From the NCBI GenBank assembly GCA_032718475.1, contig JAUCBJ010001988.1, forward strand, positions 1 through 53,716: a DNA stretch of 53,716 nucleotides, written 5' to 3'. The notes under the pieces are model-generated. The model saw only the letters and a program-made list of their open reading frames with translations, did not search any database and was not told where the DNA came from. Source of the stretch: Nemertoderma westbladi. Its lineage: Eukaryota > Animalia > Xenacoelomorpha. Positions 35,100 to 47,686 of this stretch are shown here, in pieces. Numbering within the stretch: the stretch's first letter is position 1; each line of letters starts with the position of its first letter. Both the position numbers and the translations under genes were made by a program.

Positions 35100-38015
35100 T
35101 TAAAGAATTAAATTCAGTTTTGAAAATGTCAAGCTTTTACTGTCTTGCTGAGACGGTTGAGTGCAATAAGCCGCGATTGCTTCATTGTTGTACGCAATGG
35201 ATTCTTGATAAGTTTCAACTTAGAGTGAGAATGCTCGCCTGTGCAATTGGTCACCATCAGCACCAAATACATGCAGAATACAATAGCCAAGTTAGGAAAA
35301 GTATCGCTCAATCGACTATAACAAGTAATTTGTAATATTGGTGTTCTCTACCAATTTATCTTCCTGATGCTGTTTTCCAGAGTGCAGCTTGGCAACAGTG
35401 TGGAACTGTATAACCTCATTTAACAAACTCTCATCCAAATCTCTAGGATATTTTTCAAGAGTCTCTCTGGCTGTTTGAATGATATTCAAATATATTTGTG
35501 ATTCACCCAACTTTCCGAGGAAGCCAAGGAGATACCCTGCCTCTTCATACGCATTGATTCTATGCTCAAGGTCAGTGCTGAATGTGTCGATAACCACAAG
35601 GAAGCTTTCAGTGCAAAACTTATCTCTGGGTGTCAGTTCGAATGCTGGGGTTTTTCCGTAATCGAGAGGATCAAGACGGACATTCCGCTTTTGTACTCGT
35701 GTTGAATACTCCTCAGCACCTGACATACTCTGGCGCTTCTTCTCGAAGTAATCAAACTTGTTTTGAAGTGTTCCTACAAATTCTTTAAGCGACTTTAGTG
35801 ATGTCACAGCAAGGAGCAGGTTAGTAAAGGAACACGTTACTGATGCGTGTTGTCACAGCAGACAGCAAGAGCATGTTTGGTTGGATCTTGGATAGTAGTA
35901 CTTGTTGCATTGACTCTCTCCAGTAACTCGTGCCAAAATGCAGCAAAAATTCCTATTTCCAACTTCTCAATTTTTTCCTGCAAGCAATGGGCTTCATGTT
36001 GAAACTCCGCCTTGAAATCGTTGTCTTCTGCAATATTTTCTAGTGCCTTTTTTATTTGTTAATACCCAAGTGATAGAGCTTTGGCAGCGTCTGCATATCT
36101 ACACCAATGGCGGGCAATGGGTATCAGAGAGTCTCTTAAAAACCGAAGCCATAAGCCTTAAGCCGATGACAACCATGACCAGTTGAGTCTTTCTTAGAAT
36201 ATTCAGCCAAGGCTTTCAACAATATCTCCCACCAGTGACTAGATTTGGCAAAAAACATGTAAAGGGCTTGGACAAATTGAAAAAGTCAGTTGCAGCTGTG
36301 CACACTTCTGCAGCATTTTGTCCGACAAGATTTAAAGAATGTCCAACGCAAGGAATAAACATAGCCTCTGTACAGTACTCTTTGATTATAGTCTGCATTC
36401 CTTTGTGTTTGCCGGCCATGTTGCTCGCATTATGATATGATTGTCCACGACAGTCAGTGATGTCAATGTCAAGTTCTCGAAGAAGAGAAATAAGAGAGTC
36501 ACCCATTTCTTTACCTGGAATGCAAAATAGATAAATCATTTTGTTTTTTAATAAGTAATAATTATTGTAAGTAATATTATTATTAATACATTTATATAAC
36601 ATTTAATAATATAATTAAATTCATAGACAATAACTAAGCAAATCAACAAAGGCCAAATACAAGCAACATTAAGTCAGCACAGACAGTCTGTTTTGACAGT
36701 CTGTCTGTCAAAATATAACCGATAGTCCACTACCCCCCCCCCCCCCCCCCCCCTTAAATTAAAAGAGAGACATTAGATAAAAATACAGAAAATAAATCTC
36801 GATGTAATTATTATATTGAGTAGGCCTACCTAGAAACTTTTAAAGGATCCAGTGGTGTAAAGTTTATTATTATTAATTATTATTAAATATACTAATTATA
36901 ATGGAAAATTAATAAATATTCATTACTACTGTAGCAATTCCGAAAATTTTTTACCTGTATGTCCAGCATTGCCCATGAATGTCATGAATGAAAAGCCACC
37001 ACCAGTTGATCCATTTTCCCTTCATCCAAAGTGGAGTCGACCGTAACACTGTAGTACTTCGATGCTTTGATTCTTACGACAATTTCGAGAAGAACATCGT
37101 CACCCATCAAATGGATTAAGTCCTCGCATATTGTTGACAACAAGTAATTTGTATGTCCATTACCATGGTTGGCATGTATATCGAGGTGAGTTGCCAGGAA
37201 TGGGTCGTATTTGGTCAGAAGTTCCAATATACCAAGATAATTGCCATTCTCCGGATCTCCAATAATTTCAGTACTACCCCTGAATGCGCAAGCCCTCGCT
37301 CTGCAATCAGCATAATGACATCTATAACACGATGCAAAACCTGTTTCCAATACTCCCTCTGCTTAACCATGGAACTGCAAAAGACTGACTTTACACTGCA
37401 TTCTTTTGACAGAACCATCAATTTGACTACAGCATCGACATGGTTTGTAGAAGTTTCGTGGGCGCTGATACGCTCATGGGCATGCTTCCAATTGGAAAAT
37501 CAAACTGAGCCAAGATTAGTTGTCTGGTGTTGAAGTTTACATGCAAAACAGTAGAGCATTCCTGTGGTTGGTGAAAAGCACAACCAGATTCTCAGGACCT
37601 CTTCACAGTTTTTTGTCCCACGGGCAGACCCTGTCTTTATATAGTCCCCTACCATGTAAATAAATAAATATTCTGGAATGAATATTTATGACGTTGGATC
37701 CTGTTGAGAACCATGAAGGGCCATCATGTTTTGTTTTGCTGGCGCTCTCGTTGAGATGTCAACCGTAACTCACAATAGAGACAGAAAATGGGCCTACACA
37801 TACTGTATAATCCTATGCTACATGATTTATCTTTTATAGTTGTCATTTTTAATTTTGTTTTTGTCTTTTTGCCATGTTGCTGGTTCAGGTTCGGCTCCTT
37901 TATAGTTCGGTCGAGCCCTATAGTTGTGGGATCATGGTGGGGGGCCCCCTGTGGTGTAGGCCCTGGGGCGTCGGCCCCTTCGCCCCCCCCCCCCCCCCCC
38001 CTAAATGCGGCCCTG
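35100..38015 (-). mobile_element. hAT DNA transposon (DUF4371 / ZMYM1-like transposase), pseudogenised, one terminus visible
   Basis: WLCFSPTTGMLYCFACKL (TTF-type Zn finger), AFRG..GNYLGILELL, YSVTVDST, CRGQSYHNASNM, CVGHSLNL, hATC FPNL...SKLKLIKNPLRTTM; terminus CAGGGCCGCATTTAGG at 38015. Confidence 0.9.
36515..36954 (-). other. 440-bp GT-AG intron in the hAT transposase
   Basis: Donor ACAG|GTAAAA at 36954, acceptor TTTTGCATTCCAG|G at 36515; AT-rich; splicing gives GHT-GKEMG. Confidence 0.75.
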
Positions 38016-38505
38016 TTCAGCAGTTCTTAAAAAGTTATCGGTTGGAATTATTATATTTTTGTTTTTATAGCCAATTTTTCAGATTAAAGCCAAAAATTTG
38101 ATATAATTTTGCCAAATATTAATAAATGTTGATTAATATTAATTAATCTTCATAAAACGCTAAACTAAAAATTTTAACCGATAAATTTTGTGGAGCAAGC
38201 CAATTTCAGTTTTAGCCAATTTCACCTCAAATTGACAGATAGGGAAGGGGGACTGGACGCAATAAAAATTCATCCCTCTCCAGGGGAAATTCGATGCAAA
38301 TAACAGCTGATTGCGACAATAGGACATGTTAGGAATGCCAGCTCCTGTATCAGCATATACTTTGACTACTATTCAGTTTCTGCGACAAAGATATTATTCG
38401 ATAACATGATTGTTGTTTGGTTGAGTTAGTGGTCCGTTTCAGCTGTTTGTTGGTCTGCATTCACCTCAAAGTAGGTGATGATCTATTTGGTTCTACTTTA
38501 ATCGT

Positions 38506-38789
38506 CATGCAGACATGTTATATGATAATTTACTCACCATTTTGCATTACTATACAGAAATTCGTCCATAGGACCACTGCTGGTCCTGTGCCCGTGGAGT
38601 GGGGGCCATTTTTCGCGTCGTGAGTAATTAACCCCGCTCCTGTAAGACCCAAACATCACCTCCCCCCATTCATTCCCTGTCTTTATATAGTCCCCTACCA
38701 TGTAAATAAATAAATATTCTGGAATGAATATTTATGACGTTGGATCCTGTTGAGAACCATGAAGGGCCATCATGTTTTGTTTCGCTGGC
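38506..38789. repeat. Dispersed repeat (also at 53488-53716; 115-bp piece at 37629-37743)
   Basis: Shared ATGCAGACATG.TATATGATAATTTACTCACCATTT...TGTAAGACCCAAAC...AATATTCTGGAATGAATATTTATGA.GTTGGATCCT. Confidence 0.85.
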
Positions 38790-39309
38790 ATACTTAACAT
38801 ATAATATTGTACAGTAGTAGACACTTTGGGGCGTCATACAACACGAGGGATATAAGAACCTTGTGTAACATTTAGTGGACCTGGTTATTCGCCCGCTTGC
38901 AGCCGACAAAGGAACTATAGAATTATGTGAATGTTAGAATATAATCACTAAAATAGTAGGATATCGAAACATGGTACTACAGTATATACTTTTTTAACTC
39001 ATAATAATTTAATTTAATATTTCAAAAACATCTCGTAAAATACTTTATATTAACATAACTATTAATGGATATCAACATGAACAACCTGTAAGGAGCTGCA
39101 GTAAACATTGTGGCAGGTGATCAGTAAAGTTTTTAAGAGTAGGCCAGACGATATACATTCCTTACATAACGGAATGGTTACAACACCAGACTGTAGGTCA
39201 TCAGTTCGATACCACCTGTACAACAATGGCGAATTTGATAATCTGTCCTTCTCATAATAATACGACTCATAAAGACATACTTTACCAAAGTTAAACGTGA
39301 TTTAAAAGT

Positions 39310-40755
39310 CTACTCTCTATTGACAGCTTTTATCATGACACCAGTTATATGTAGCGGGGATGATAACTTTGCCAGTGGAGTGTCAGATACCCACACAAAC
39401 TGATGGAGAAGATGACTTATCATAAATTTCATCTCCATCATTGATATACGCTCTCCTGGACAAATTCGTGGCCCCAAACTGAACAGAGTAAAAGACTCTG
39501 GTTTGAAAACAGTGGTTTTATCATCTGATAAAAAATGCTCTGGGTAAAATTCCAAAGGTTTCTCCCAAACTTTAGAGTCAGTAGCAATAGCCCACAGATT
39601 TACGATGATACGATCATTAGGGTAAATGTCATATGAGTTAATTTTAGTCTTCTGAATGACTGTATGTGGAACTCCTGTTGTTGTGGCACTGCAACGCAAT
39701 GTCTCCAACAAACATGCCTCTAGAAGGGGTATTTTTGAAACATCTCCCAGTGTTGGTAGCCTTTCTCTACCAACAACTTCATCAATAAGTCCCTGTAGCT
39801 GATGCTGTCTTTTGGAATACATTGCCATTGTTCTCAGAAATAAACATATCATCATACTTGTTGTATGGCTGCCAGCATTGAAAATACTAGAAACAGTCGC
39901 TGCCAAATTATCATCATCATAGTATCCTCTCTTTAACTCATTCCCCAAGTTGTGCCATTTCCTTTGCTGAAATAGGTAAGCATCAGGAAAGTGTCTTGGT
40001 TGTTCGTTGTAATCAACAGTTAGACGCTGCTCATTTACGATCCTCATAAAACATTCATTAAGTTTTAGATTAGCTTTATATACACTTGTTTCACTGGTCA
40101 TTATGTATTTTTGCACAAAATTTGGAATGAACAAACAGTAGAAAAACGAACTAACTAAATTGTCATTTAGATTAAGTAGACTGATAAACATCGGGTCGTC
40201 ATATTGGAATCTTTCAAGGAACATGATGGTGTTGATGACATTTGAAACGGCTTTTTGAATTGGGACAAACATCGTGAACGATTTGTCATTTAATGTTCTG
40301 ATATGTTCGCATACATGTATTGCTTCTTGTCCAATTATATCCTCCATTCTCCCAAAAGTATTATCAAAATTTCTTATGAAAGAGCTAAAAAACTTTCTTT
40401 GGTGATACCAAAGTGGTCCACTAGACAACCCAATGCCTATATTTGGAATGATTGTATTAGAACGATATGAAAACTCCCGGCCACGTTCTACAAACACGTG
40501 TTTCATCAACTTCAATGAATTCAAAATGATTATGTTTGTTCCAAAAATTGGTACTCTAATTATATCCGAGTGAAGTTTTCCACATAGACGATTTAATTCT
40601 TCCCCAGGCCATCCCGGGTTCTTTATGAGTTTAATTATGAAAGGTAATATTTGTATAGAAGGTGGACGATTATATGACTTACATTTTCTTGAATAGAGAT
40701 AAACAAAGGTACATACTACAACAGATATAAATACAAACAACGAGTCAATGTACAT
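39310..40755 (-). CDS. Cytochrome P450, CYP2-clan-like, intronless coding region (copy 2, 481 aa)
   Basis: Same motifs as copy 1; I-helix AGSHTT intact; roughly 90% identical to copy 1 by eye, with homologous flanks. Confidence 0.96.
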   Translation of the reverse strand: MYIDSLFVFISVVVCTFVYLYSRKCKSYNRPPSIQILPFIIKLIKNPGWPGEELNRLCGKLHSDIIRVPIFGTNIIILNSLKLMKHVFVERGREFSYRSNTIIPNIGIGLSSGPLWYHQRKFFSSFIRNFDNTFGRMEDIIGQEAIHVCEHIRTLNDKSFTMFVPIQKAVSNVINTIMFLERFQYDDPMFISLLNLNDNLVSSFFYCLFIPNFVQKYIMTSETSVYKANLKLNECFMRIVNEQRLTVDYNEQPRHFPDAYLFQQRKWHNLGNELKRGYYDDDNLAATVSSIFNAGSHTTSMMICLFLRTMAMYSKRQHQLQGLIDEVVGRERLPTLGDVSKIPLLEACLLETLRCSATTTGVPHTVIQKTKINSYDIYPNDRIIVNLWAIATDSKVWEKPLEFYPEHFLSDDKTTVFKPESFTLFSLGPRICPGERISMMEMKFMISHLLHQFVWVSDTPLAKLSSPLHITGVMIKAVNRE

Positions 40756-41059
40756 AGCTTTTCAACGTTTTCATAGATATAGTAGCTACTACGAAACTAG
40801 TCAATTTTATGTAATTATTTGGCAACTGCTTATTTTTACATAGATTTTGTATATATTTTCTTTATTTAGTTTTTTTTGCGCTTGTTCTGCTCGGAATATT
40901 GACCTAGAAACATTTTAATAAATGTTTAGCTTCTTAAGAACTGTCTGGCGATGCCTAAGCTTATGTATAAGCTCAGGATTCCTCCAGCCTTTACTGCACC
41001 CGACCTGATTGTGTACATTGACAACTGTATTAGGGAGATACTTTAAGATGTGCCATGTT

Positions 41060-42690
41060 ATAGACATTAAGTTGTACAGACCTCCATCAATGGCCCCATT
41101 ATGTATCTGAGTTTCATTGATCTGGATAGAGTTCTAGACATGACAAATACTAAGTTCGATCATGTAATTGTAGTTGGTGATATCAATATCTGGCTAGAGG
41201 ATGACCACTCATTCAAAGAACAATTGTAATCACATGGTTTCTTGGTCTTGGATACTGGTCCCACACATGTTGCTGGCCACAGGATAGATATTATCACTGT
41301 TCTCCAGTAGGCATAATCAGGAAATTGAACCAAAAAATAAGAAGCTCAGTGATTAGATCACCTGAGGTTTTTCTGGTCTGCTAAATCAGATAAAACCAAG
41401 GAACAACCCTGGAATGAATGTGGGAAACTACAAAAATGGAAAACTTTAATGAAAATGACTTTGTTAATGATTTATGTATTGATGATGATTAATGAATTAC
41501 ATACTGAGAAATTAGATAGTCGTCCTGACTCGTCTTCCATCAGTAGCTTTGAGTCTTGGTATGATAAACTATGATCATTGTGAAAACTGTGAAGATATAT
41601 CCATCCCATGATACGATATGAGTCGAGGACGGACATGGATGACATTCAGTTGATTCGGCTTGAAAAAAGATGACAAGAACGTGTACTAAAGAAGAATCGA
41701 TATGAGGCGAACATTAGTGCTTTAAATGATGCAGCTAATCTGCTATCTGATGCATTGCGAAATTGTACTATCAAGACTTTGATGAAAGAAAACGCTGATA
41801 ACTCTTAAGCTTTTCTGGAAGCATTTTAAAAAGCTGTTTGTTAGACTAGCCTTTCGTTGATCTATCTTCCCTGTTATAGTCAATCCGCACACTGACTATA
41901 TAAATATTTTACTTAAGGAAGGTTTTTTCCCCGACAGCGCTTGATATACCACTGCTTAAAAAACCTAAGTTAATCTCAGAGATTCTAAAGAATTACAGAC
42001 CAGTTAGTAACTTAATGTTTGTTGGAAAGTTTATGAAAAATTGTTCATGAACAGGCTAAATCTCAGCTGAACTTCCACCCAAAACAGTAGGAATATCGGT
42101 CGAATGGGGTGAGTTAATGTCTTCTTACACAATCAATTCCTAAAAGAGTTGGACAGTTAAAATATCACATCTGTGTTTGTTGCTTTAAGGTCGATAGAGT
42201 CTTCAGCTATTCAAAGCATGCCTGGACTACAGGCATCAGGTGGTTGTCATTGAAAATTAACATTCTCTGAAGCACCATCTGAAAACAGGAGTTGCTCAGC
42301 GCAGTATCCTGGGATCCGCATTGTTTAATGCATTATGCGTTCATTCATTCATAACGAGCCGTATCGATTACGGTAATGATGTGCTCTCATCTTGTGCAGG
42401 GTCAGTATTACAGCTAATAATTCTAATTCTAATTCTTGTAATTCCCTTGTTTACTATGGTGAATGGTTTATGTGCGTACAAACTCGGCCATGCAATTACT
42501 ACGCATCTATGCACCTTTCTCCTGGTTCAAGGTCGAATAAAACACAAGCAACTTTTGCTTGCCTTTAACAGCATATTAGATATACAGATACATAGTGCGT
42601 ATGAGCATATTAGATGTACCTTCGAAGCAGTTCTCGTGTTATGCTACATCTGAATGGAATAAACTTCCCTTTGAATTAGTCGATAAAGAT
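41060..42690 (+). mobile_element. Highly degraded L2/CR1-type LINE
   Basis: IVVGDIN, GPTHVAGHRIDII (endonuclease); PLLKKP..NYRPVSNL; HSFITSRIDYGN; WNKLP. Confidence 0.75.
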
Positions 42691-43407
42691 ACCCCTATAA
42701 GTCGGGTGAGTGAGGGAGACTTGAACCCCAAAAGTTGTAATCGTTATAATGTACAGATAATTGAATTTTTCAACGCCGTTTTAACTTTATCACATTACAT
42801 TTATGATTGCTATGATCATGTGTGATAGTTTCAGAATTTCAACCCTTACACCTTTTTTTAATTAAAACCAATAATTCGTATTTTTGAAAGAGCGTCAAGT
42901 CTCCCTCAATGTGAGGAGACTTGACACCTAGGGGGGACACTTTTCGTAAATTTGTACAAAAATCCATTAAAGGTGATATAATTACAAGTTCAGCATGTCT
43001 ATTTCATAGTAAAGCAGAGAAAAAGCAAAAATCCGAATATTAATTTGTCAAATTATTATCCTAAATTTTATACAAATTTAGGTGGTCGTTCAAATTGTTC
43101 TCGTAACAAGGACAATATAATTAATAGTTAATTAAACGCAATAAAATTTAACGTGGTAAGGCACTTTTTCATAATAAATATCATGTATAATTTTCAACCC
43201 AGGCTCATTTTAATTGTTTTCCTGTAATTCAATTGATATCTAAGGCATCGCCATCTAAGGCAGTGAGCGGCATTTATACTTTAATTAAGCTGTCAATCAC
43301 CTGTTGTTGGTATCAAAAAAACATAGTTATAAAGGGGGAAGAAAGAGTTTGTTCGTTTGGTTGGCTTGGCTTGGTTTCTAAGAGAGATGGCTACTGCATA
43401 AAGCAGG

Positions 43408-44130
43408 CTACTACTTCTACTACTACTACGATCGGCATGGTGCATTGCAGCTGCATTTTTTAGAATGCTGTGCCGGCTTATCGACAAAATTGCACCGCCA
43501 CAACTCCCTATCACCCATGACATTTGCTAGATCATCCGCATCTTCAAGGCCAGTGTCCTTTAAAATGCATCTCAAGAAAGTCATGGGCTGTCCAACATGC
43601 TTATTCACTCCATGAGGCTGCCAAAGTACAAGATTATGCACTGGCTGGTCCTCACAGCGAAAGCAATGTCCTGCAAAGCGGAGGCGATTTTGTTCTAGTG
43701 TCAAGCTTGGGGGAACCAATGAGACACCTCCAATGTTATATAGTGTCTGGTTGGAGATGTGTGCATTGTACTTGACAGAATGAACCCGGCATAGCATTCT
43801 TGTGAATGTGAGATCCAGAGATTTGGTGTCCTCAGCAGTTAGAGCCCAGCATGGACTCCCATAGAGGAGTATTGGAACTACTGCTGTTCTAAATAATCGG
43901 ACCTTAAGTTTCCGATTAATTCAAGGTGACTTTCAAATCCTGGAAAGCCTATTCAAGGCTGCCCATGCCTTTCCCTTACGTATTCGAAGGTCCTCACCTG
44001 ACTTCCGGGTAGAACATAGTCAACAACAATTATGAACAAGAATGGTGCAAGTGTGTCTCCCTGGAGGACGTCCCATAACACTTCAAATGGTTCTGTGTCA
44101 CCGTCAACAGTAGACACAAAGCAGGCAGGG
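43408..44130 (-). mobile_element. RTE-type LINE 3' fragment with (GTA)n tail
   Basis: VLQGDTLAPFLFIIVVDYVL, KAWAALNRL, ILLYG, RLRFAGHCFR; tail at 43408-43430. Confidence 0.85.
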
Positions 44131-44217
44131 AAGGTTAAAGAGAAGGGCCTCTGCTTCCTCCATTGTATTCATTCACGTCGCATTGATTGCTTGGTCTAAA
44201 AGTGTCATTCACCTCAG

Positions 44218-44960
44218 TTGGCGATGAAGCCATTCGACCATCCCGTTTGCTTGTGGGTGGTAGGCAGTGGTTTTGTTGGCCGTAATGTCACCTGGTCGCC
44301 CGACTGCCAGTCAGCCTTCGACACAGCGAAGTCATCACGGCCAACAAAACCACTGCCTACCACCCACAAGTAAATGGGATGGTCGAAAGGCTTCATCGCC
44401 AATTAAAGGCATCCCTCAAAGCGCGCCTCTCAACATGCCATTGGATGGATGAGCTGCCACTAGTCCTCCTCGGCATCAGAACGGCGTGACCTACAAACCT
44501 ACAAGGCGCTGACTTTGTTTATGTACGGCGCGACGGCCACAGAACTCCGTTACAACAACCCTATTCCGGGCCTTTCCCCGTGCTTAAACCCGGACCCAAA
44601 ACTTTTGAAGTACAGGTCGGGCGACGACGAAACACGGTCTCGGTCGACCGCCTTAAAATCGCCCACGGCGTCGCGACAACCGACACGCCCGCAATACCGC
44701 ACAAACCACAGCCCGCCCCACAACCGACAGTCATTCCACAAACCCCGGCCACAACCTCCGTCAGCCAGACCGATTTGCCCCGTAAACTCAGGATGTTCGT
44801 GTGCTGGGGGGGGGGGGGGGGGGGGGGCATGTAGCGTTCCCTTTACACCAGGTCTCGCACCCTCACCAAGGGGACCTAACTGAGTCCGAGCCTCATTATT
44901 ATAATACTGACTACCATGCGGTACTGCTGTACAGACTTCAGTACTTCTCTGCACGATTTA
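44218..44960 (+). mobile_element. Gypsy (CsRn1-like) integrase C-terminal remnant, PPT and LTR start, with a 5' foldback
   Basis: TTAYHPQVNGMVERLHRQLK, WMDELPLVLLGIRTA, PYSGPF, VSVDRLK; poly-G PPT then TGTAGC at 44830. Right boundary uncertain. Confidence 0.85.
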
Positions 44961-47686
44961 TATATTTGATTGAAATAATATAATCTTGGAATTACGACTC
45001 CGTATTTTTGATGGGATTGTCATCCCTTCACCAGGGAGCGGGGTTCCCTGGTGTAATGGTTCTCTACAGTGTATATCTCTAGGTAGACGCATAAGCATTG
45101 CATTGGATGGTTCAAGTCTCCCTCACACTCTGGTGTCATGTCTCCCCACGCCACATTGTATTTTTTAGATTAATTGATATAATTTGAAAACGGCTGAAAC
45201 AAAACTGGAAATTAATATATGGCAGGTTAGAGCAATAAATAGTCAAAACATGTGGGTCATTTCAATGAACCTGACATAAAATAAGGGTGCGAATTTAAAT
45301 TTGTTGTAAATGGTAAAAATTTACTTTTGAACCCAGAAAACGTGTATTGGCAAAAAAACAAAAAACAAAACAAAAGGTAATACAAAATTGTTGCGCGGGT
45401 GTAGCCTACAAGTATTTTGAACATTATTGCGTGGTATTGTCAAATAATTTACAATAGGTTTTGAGTATTCAAAAAAATGAAGTCTCCCCTAAAGTCAAGT
45501 CTTCCTCACTCACCCTACTGTATTTAAATGTAAACTGAAGACCTATCTTTTCTCAGCTACCAGTACCGATTAAGAATATTTTGCACCAATGGATGCATGC
45601 GTTCTTATAAGACTGAACGGTCCCTAAGAGCGCCCGCAGAGACAAAAAAATATGCATTATTATTATTATTTATTATTATCCCCGAAACACCAAGCTATCA
45701 AAGATATTGGCAGCGATGATAGTTCTGTATCCTTTTATTCAACCTCCCCGAGAACATTTATTTTGTCAGGATTCTTGAATGCCTCGTTGGTTAAATACAC
45801 TTTGTCTTTATGCCACGTTGGCTGCTCTGCATTGTGGTGTAAGTACCATCATGGGATCTTATTTAAAAACTTTTAGATTAGGTATTCGCACTATAAATTA
45901 TTCAGTCACATTACTTAATAGTACTGTAGAGCATAGCAGACAAAATTAGTTACCCTTACAAATAAGGTATAATGTACTATATACATTATCAGGCCTACAG
46001 CACCTAAGGTCACCTAAGATAATAAAATAAATACGAATCACAATAAAAATTACACATTAAAACTGACATTACCAGAGAACCAGTTGCTCATCCAGGGGGG
46101 CCTGGACTTAGAGTAAGCTAAAAATAGGTGCATATAGTCATGAAAACACAAAAATATTCCGCTCTAAAATATTAAAATCTAGATTACTACAATAAAGCCA
46201 CTTGAAGATCGATATTATATAAATGTAAGATAAAACCAAGTGATATAACATCATGATATTAACGTGATTAAAGAGCCAAAAACTATTTCATGTTGCCAAG
46301 AATGGAGGTGATTTTAGTCAGGTACATTATTGCCAATATATTATGAGCCAATACAACAATGCGTCGCCCGCGATAAATTGATAATTTATTGACAAATAAT
46401 AATAAACAAAACAAAAACTACAGAGCACAATAACAATAACATATTGTAATAACATAACACGTTTTGGATAATAATAATACCAATAATAATCGTATCGTAA
46501 ATCTATTATTGGTCCACATAATACGAGTTTAAATACGTAGGATATCATTACAGAAATATTGTAAATTTATAAAATATACACACCAGGAACCCAAAGTTAT
46601 AATATAGCAAAGAATTTGGAACTGGAAAAGTATAAACGAAAATTTTTTTTGTTTATTTTACTTACTAAACACCTCTTGCACCTCATAACAAAAAGCAGTC
46701 ACGGTAAAACTGAAGAATTGCAATAAAACAAGTCATTTAAAGACGAATAGTCTTTAAAACTGAATTTACAGAGACGGTCTCTTGTGAGGTCACAGAAGTC
46801 ACGTCTTCTTCATACCATAGGGTAGCTAATGAATAAGAGCAGATGCAGTCACTAGATGGCGTACAAGACCATCTCCCCATTTCACTACGTAGGTAGCCCA
46901 TAATGTGAGAATGTACGAAACCAGGTACTACAGCTCTACATTGATAATCTGGTATACAGAAAGTACAGTTAGCATAAATAACGTAAGTATTAGTTAGCAT
47001 ACGTATTCCTACTTGAATTTCCGTGTGGCCTTCGAGAAGCTAAGATAATAGCAGTTAATTAGTTAATTAAGATGATTACGGTGAAAACACCATTTTCAAC
47101 CTGCCTTTTAAAGGAAATTAATTGTTTTACAGTATAAGATTTAAATAATAACACTTAAAAATTATACAGATGTAATCCACATACCCCATTCTATTATAGT
47201 TTTTAATTAGTTCAAGTGATTTGCTTTAATAAATGTGTCTTTAATTGATCTAAACGTAATTAAAGCGGCACAATTATTGAGTAAAAATTTAATCCTTCCC
47301 ATTATTTGTCAACATAGTCTCTGCGGGGGTGTAGAGCTGCTAGCTGGCACCAGGGCAGAAGGGAATTGTACTGTAATAGGCAGCCAGTAGTATTGCTATA
47401 GCAACACAGACATAACTCCAACCACACTGCCTGTATTTCAATTCCTATTGACTCTATACTATAAATGTTGTATTACTTACTATCTCAGGTGACAGAAGAT
47501 ATAATGACTGTTGTAGGCTTATATCTGAAATAGTTTATTCCGCAATATATTTCTGGTTATTTTTTAATTGAATTTTTGCAAAGTAGTAAAATTAATGTTC
47601 TTAAAAATAATATTATTATTTTATATGTAACCTAGGAAATTATCTACATATTTTCGCTGCAACTTTAATAGTGTACATTGATTTAA

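Larger units (their letters stand above)
42700..45520. mobile_element. Non-autonomous TIR DNA transposon (Tc1/mariner-pogo-like, TA site) hosting nested retroelement fragments
   Basis: Left AGTCGGGTGAGTGAGGGAGACTTGA, right TCAAGTCTTCCTCACTCACCCTACTG|TA; subterminal TCAAGTCTCCC motifs near 42896, 45113 and 45480. Confidence 0.7.
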
